Shown here one piece after another: positions 6,633 through 10,151 of a stretch of 10,151 nt of DNA. Made by a program: the position numbers and the translations under genes. The stretch is from positions 1-10,151 of the forward strand of contig JAUQQN010000010.1 in the NCBI GenBank assembly GCA_030549845.1, given 5' to 3'. Position 1 is the first letter of the stretch. Every line of letters begins with the position of its first letter. The stretch is from Patescibacteria group bacterium. Lineage in GTDB: Bacteria; Patescibacteriota; Minisyncoccia; UBA6257; HR35. Below the pieces are notes generated by a model. That model saw only the letters and a program-made list of their open reading frames with translations. It ran no database searches and was not told where the DNA came from.

Positions 6633-7838
6633 ATGAAAAATAAATCTGTAACAATCGTAGAAATATTTGTAACTCTTAGCTTAATAACATTACTAAGCCT
6701 TCTATTATTAAAAAATTCTTTATTATCTTTTAATTTTAATAATAAATTAAGGGATTATAAAAGAATAAATGATTTAAATAATTTAAGCATAATTTTAAAA
6801 CATCTTTCATTGATATCCCCTGGTTTTTATGAGCTTTCATATGCTTCTTCCAACACAGTTTATGTTTCTCTAGAAGATGCTTCTCCTAATTGCTTAAGTT
6901 ATTTATCAGTTTTACCTCCTTTACCTGCAGGATGGAAGTATAGATGTTCACAAAATCCAGAAAAAATTGATGGATCAGGATGGATACCTATTCCGTTTAA
7001 TCAATTTACAATTTTAAATATGTCTAGATTACCAATAGATCCAATTAATAAACCACCATATTATTATGCTTTTGTAGTGGGTAGCAGTTATAAGTTAACA
7101 GCCTTGTTAGAAAAAGAAAGGGAGTTAGCTATTAATGATGGTGGTATAGATTTATTTACTTATGAAGTAGGAACTAATCTTAGATTACCAACTTTTAATT
7201 CAGGATTAAGGTTATTATTAACTTTTAATGAAGGTACTGGTACAGTTGCTTATGACTCTTCTGGATGGGAAGATCATATTCAGTTAAATAATCCTAATAG
7301 TTGGAGTATTGATCAGGGTTCAGGGAGAAAAGGTTTATCTTTTAGTCCTAATACTTACGGAACTTCATCGCAACTTCTTTTTTCTAGTGCTACTAATGAA
7401 TTCTTTTTAGGAATGTGGATAAAGTTTAATTCAATATTAGGTGGAGCAAAAGGGGATATATTTATTACAAAACAATCTAATACAGAAGGATTCTCTTTCT
7501 ATCTACAATCAAAGAAAATTGCTATAACTATGCGCTCTGGACAAAATGAACAATCAAAAACATTTTTTGAACCATCATTGAATGAGTGGGTTTTTCTTGC
7601 AATTAATTTTAAAAAACCTAATGGAAAAATTTATGAATATAAATTAACTTCTAATGGAACCATTAGTTTAAATAAATCGGACAGTTTTAGTTTCAATGAT
7701 TCTCTTCTATCAAGTACTTCTACTAAAATTTTAAACAATATAGAAAAAGCTAGTGGGTTAATTGACGGCATTTGTGTATTTAATAGAGCTCTGTCTGATG
7801 AAGAAATAGAAACTATCATAAAATATAGGCAATTCTAA
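6633..7838 (+). CDS. Type IV pilin/pseudopilin-like protein with a C-terminal LamG-type (concanavalin A-like lectin) domain
   Basis: The N-terminus, MKNKS-VTIVEIFVTLSLITLLSLLLL, resembles a class III (prepilin) signal: a short basic leader, Glu at +5, then a hydrophobic helix. The middle region has pilin-like PPYYYAFVVGSSYKLTALLE and a Cys pair (NCLSYL...YRCSQ). The C-terminal roughly 200 aa begin LLLTFNEGTGTVAYDSSG and end DGICVFNRALSDEEIETI, the characteristic start and end blocks of Laminin_G_3-type domains. Confidence 0.72.
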   Translation: MKNKSVTIVEIFVTLSLITLLSLLLLKNSLLSFNFNNKLRDYKRINDLNNLSIILKHLSLISPGFYELSYASSNTVYVSLEDASPNCLSYLSVLPPLPAGWKYRCSQNPEKIDGSGWIPIPFNQFTILNMSRLPIDPINKPPYYYAFVVGSSYKLTALLEKERELAINDGGIDLFTYEVGTNLRLPTFNSGLRLLLTFNEGTGTVAYDSSGWEDHIQLNNPNSWSIDQGSGRKGLSFSPNTYGTSSQLLFSSATNEFFLGMWIKFNSILGGAKGDIFITKQSNTEGFSFYLQSKKIAITMRSGQNEQSKTFFEPSLNEWVFLAINFKKPNGKIYEYKLTSNGTISLNKSDSFSFNDSLLSSTSTKILNNIEKASGLIDGICVFNRALSDEEIETIIKYRQF

Positions 7839-9196
7839 TGCAATTCTATCTCTTCTATTGTTTGTTCTGTAGAATAAAATGCAGTTGATTCAGGATCAAA
7901 ATACAAAGTTACAACACCTAGTGGACCATTCCTTTGTTTTGCAATAATTATGTCTGCTTGATTGGATGGAGCAATTTGCCCTGCTTCTTTTGGTCTATGA
8001 ATAAACAAAACAACATCAGCATCTTGCTCTAATGATCCACTTTCTCTCAAATCTGAGAGTTTAGGAATTTGGGAAATTCTCTGCTCGGGTGCTCTCGAAA
8101 GTTGAGATATAGCAAGTATAGGTACATTAAGCTCTCTAGCAAGTTCTTTAAGGCTTCTTGATATTTCAGTAATTTCTTGCACTCTACTATCATATGATTT
8201 ATAGCTTTTAATCAATTGTAAATAATCTATAATGATTAACCCTAAATCTCCTATTTGGTGCTTCAATTTTCTTGACATAGTTCTTATTTGTAATGTATTT
8301 AAGTTAGGAGTATCATCAATATAGATTGGAGCTTGGTTTAGTTTATCTAAAGCTTCTGATATTAATGCTAATTCATTCATTTCTCCTTCATACATTAGTT
8401 TTCCTGTTCTCAATCTCCATAAACTCACTCCAGCTTCACCTGCAATTAATCTATCTATAACTTGGTCTTTAGACATTTCTAAACTAAATATTGCAACGGG
8501 TATATTTTCATTTATAGCAATGTGTCTTGCAAAAGTTAGAGCAAGAGCTGTTTTCCCTAAAGAAGGCCGTGAAGCTAAAATTATTAAATCAGATTTTTGA
8601 AATCCTCCTAAATATTCATCTAACAAAGGAAAGCCTGTTGAGATTCCTCTTAATTTTCTTTCTTGTGAATGGAGTTCTTCTATTCTTTGATAAGCTTCTT
8701 CTAAATATGTTGAAATGTGGGCAATTTCTCGTGGATAAATTTTTTCTGCAACTTTAAAAATTCTTGCCTCTACTTCGTCTATTAATTCTTCTGGATTTTT
8801 TTCTTCATCATAAGCTAATTTCTGCATTTCAAAGGCTGTTTGGATCATATCTCTTCTAGCTTTTTTATCTTTTACAATTTTTGCATAATTTACTATATTC
8901 ATAACTGCAGGAACAGAGTTTATAAGTTCAAATATATAACTAGGACCACCAATATTTTCTAATTCTCCCATTTCTCTTAATCTATTTGTTACAGTTAAAA
9001 GATCAATTGCTTCTCTTTTTTCAAAAAGATACATTATTGCAGAATAAATTATTTGATGAGCGGGTTTATAAAAATCATTAGGAGAAATCATATCAGCTAC
9101 TTTGTAAATTGCATCAGGGTCTACCAAAATACAACCTAATAAAGCTTTTTCTGCTTCTATATTATGAGGCAAAGTTTTGTTGATTTCTTCTTTCAT
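7835..9196 (-). CDS. dnaB: Replicative DNA helicase DnaB
   Basis: 453 aa with an N-terminal LPHNIEAEKALLGCIL block. It has Walker A (ASRPSLGKTALAL), Walker B (LIIIDYLQL), ISQLSR and ADVVLFIHR motifs. No intein is present. Confidence 0.95.
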   Translation of the reverse strand: MKEEINKTLPHNIEAEKALLGCILVDPDAIYKVADMISPNDFYKPAHQIIYSAIMYLFEKREAIDLLTVTNRLREMGELENIGGPSYIFELINSVPAVMNIVNYAKIVKDKKARRDMIQTAFEMQKLAYDEEKNPEELIDEVEARIFKVAEKIYPREIAHISTYLEEAYQRIEELHSQERKLRGISTGFPLLDEYLGGFQKSDLIILASRPSLGKTALALTFARHIAINENIPVAIFSLEMSKDQVIDRLIAGEAGVSLWRLRTGKLMYEGEMNELALISEALDKLNQAPIYIDDTPNLNTLQIRTMSRKLKHQIGDLGLIIIDYLQLIKSYKSYDSRVQEITEISRSLKELARELNVPILAISQLSRAPEQRISQIPKLSDLRESGSLEQDADVVLFIHRPKEAGQIAPSNQADIIIAKQRNGPLGVVTLYFDPESTAFYSTEQTIEEIELH

Positions 9197-9418
9197 ATTA
9201 AATTTATTTTATTAGAAAAAATAAAAAGTCAATACTGCTAAAAAGTTGAAAAGTTGTGAATAAAAATTACTAGCTACCAAAAAATGAAAAAATCTTTACC
9301 AAAATTTATCATAAAATCTATAAATGACTAGCTTGGATAATCCCTTAATTAAAATATACAAAGTTCTTTGCAAAACCAGAATCAATGTCTAAAATCTCAA
9401 ATTTTTAGTTTAAAATTC

Positions 9419-9444
9419 AATTTTCTATATTTCTATAGAAAATT
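9419..9444. repeat. Perfect 11-bp inverted repeat with a 4-nt spacer (AATTTTCTATA-tttc-TATAGAAAATT) in the dnaB upstream spacer
   Basis: Read directly from the sequence. The stem is all A/T apart from one C/G pair. It lies about 225 nt upstream of the dnaB ATG and 130 nt downstream of the preceding gene. It could be an operator or a weak terminator; function is unknown. Confidence 0.5.
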
Positions 9445-9573
9445 AGAAATTATAAAAATTAAAATAATGTGTGGTAATTCTTCTTACAACAAATAAAAAT
9501 TTATTTAATACTTCTTACCCAATATCCCTATAAACAAATTTTAAAAGTTATTTAGGTTATAAAATTTATTTAG

Positions 9574-10151
9574 CTATTCATTAGATTGAGAAGTTTGATT
9601 TGTTTCACTATTATTTTGCAATTCACTTATATCATTGGTTAAATTATTGCTATCATTAACATTTGTTTGGCTGTTAGTATTTTCACTATTTTGTCCTTCA
9701 TTATTATTTATTCCTGAAGTATTTGTTTGTGTAGAAGTATTGTTTTCAGTATTAGAAATACTTGTACTTGTCATTGAATTTTCATTTGAATTAGAAATTG
9801 AAATTACATTATCATTAAATACCTCCTCACATTTTCCTTTAAGACTTTTCACTGTTCCATTTTCTACAAATACACAATATGGTTCTCTTGTTGCTTTATC
9901 ATAAATTGTAATTCCTGTAGGTTCTTCTTCACTACCAATTATTATTACTTTCTTCACTATTAATTTATCTGTAATTAATTCACTAACATAATTTGCAATT
10001 TGAGAAATTATTTGAGTTGTCCCACTTGCTAAATTACTAATTTTATTTGCTAAACTTTTGACTGAAGAACCTATAAATGATATGAATTTATAGAGGTTGA
10101 TAGATTTTCCATTATCAGCTAAGATTTCTTGAGGAGCTTCTTCTGCTATTA
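9574..10151 (-). CDS. Hypothetical protein with an N/S/T/Q-rich low-complexity C-terminal tail (5' partial, continues past the right edge)
   Basis: The ORF track starts it at 9957, but that codon is GTG. By hand, the same frame has no stop codon from 9958 to 10151 (...IAEEAPQEILADNGKSINLYKFISFIGSSVKSLANKISNLASGTTQIISQIANYVSELITDKLI-VKKVIIIGSEEEP...). The gene therefore most likely begins outside the window. The last roughly 75 residues are almost only N, S, T, Q and E. Confidence 0.6.
   Translation of the reverse strand, partial: IAEEAPQEILADNGKSINLYKFISFIGSSVKSLANKISNLASGTTQIISQIANYVSELITDKLIVKKVIIIGSEEEPTGITIYDKATREPYCVFVENGTVKSLKGKCEEVFNDNVISISNSNENSMTSTSISNTENNTSTQTNTSGINNNEGQNSENTNSQTNVNDSNNLTNDISELQNNSETNQTSQSNE

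Noticed and set aside
9520-9573. A possible terminator hairpin directly after the right-hand hypothetical gene (CCTATAAAC.../...GTTATTTAGG).
   Set aside because: Pairing is interrupted by several mismatches, the stem is almost all A/T, and no clear T-tract follows on the minus strand.
680-9904. Nine ORFs in the supplied track that lie antisense to well-supported genes (680-904+, 1644-1835+, 1856-2104+, 2634-2921+, 3051-3290+, 4860-5126+, 7631-7819-, 8527-8757+, 9635-9904+).
   Set aside because: Each lies entirely within a conserved gene on the opposite strand. Their F/L/I/K-rich, low-complexity translations are typical of shadow frames in AT-rich DNA. None shows a recognisable motif or its own start signals.
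9955-9957. The start codon assigned to the 127-aa ORF at 9574-9957.
   Set aside because: The codon is GTG, and the same frame remains open to the window end by hand check (no TTA/CTA/TCA triplets in frame on the plus strand from 9958 to 10151). The gene is more likely 5'-truncated by the window.
1-10151. An alternative genetic code (UGA recoding, as in some candidate phyla) and hidden tRNA, rRNA or CRISPR features.
   Set aside because: All conserved proteins translate at full length under the standard code, and murB terminates with TGA. I found no T-loop-like GTTCRANYC context, no rRNA-like segment, and no regularly spaced direct-repeat array.

Overview
AT-rich, very compact bacterial chromosomal segment. 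It uses the standard genetic code: all conserved genes read through without in-frame TGA, and murB ends in TGA. Nearly everything is on the minus strand. Read 5'->3' on the minus strand, the order is: a hypothetical protein with an N/S/T/Q-rich tail (runs off the right edge), dnaB, [a plus-strand type IV pilin-like LamG-domain gene converging on dnaB], rpsR-pepA-murB (tightly coupled), a 426-bp intergenic region, then the start of a division/cell-wall (dcw) cluster, mraZ-rsmH-ftsL-ftsI. A plus-strand gene tail at the left edge converges on ftsI. The gene content (minimal dcw cluster, a pilin with a LamG domain, low GC, overlapping genes) suggests a small-genome lineage such as Patescibacteria/CPR. 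That is inference only. I saw no rRNA, tRNA, CRISPR array, transposase or integrase. The part least explained by ordinary annotation is the murB-mraZ intergenic region (3445-3870). It holds an unannotated 24-codon Lys/Ala-rich micro-ORF in a locally GC-richer patch, with a near-consensus promoter and two tandem intrinsic terminators. It also holds a one-orientation array of GTGG/AAAGTG boxes (MraZ-operator-like) that includes two perfect DnaA-box 9-mers forming a 13-bp inverted repeat around the cassette. No function here can be proven from sequence alone.
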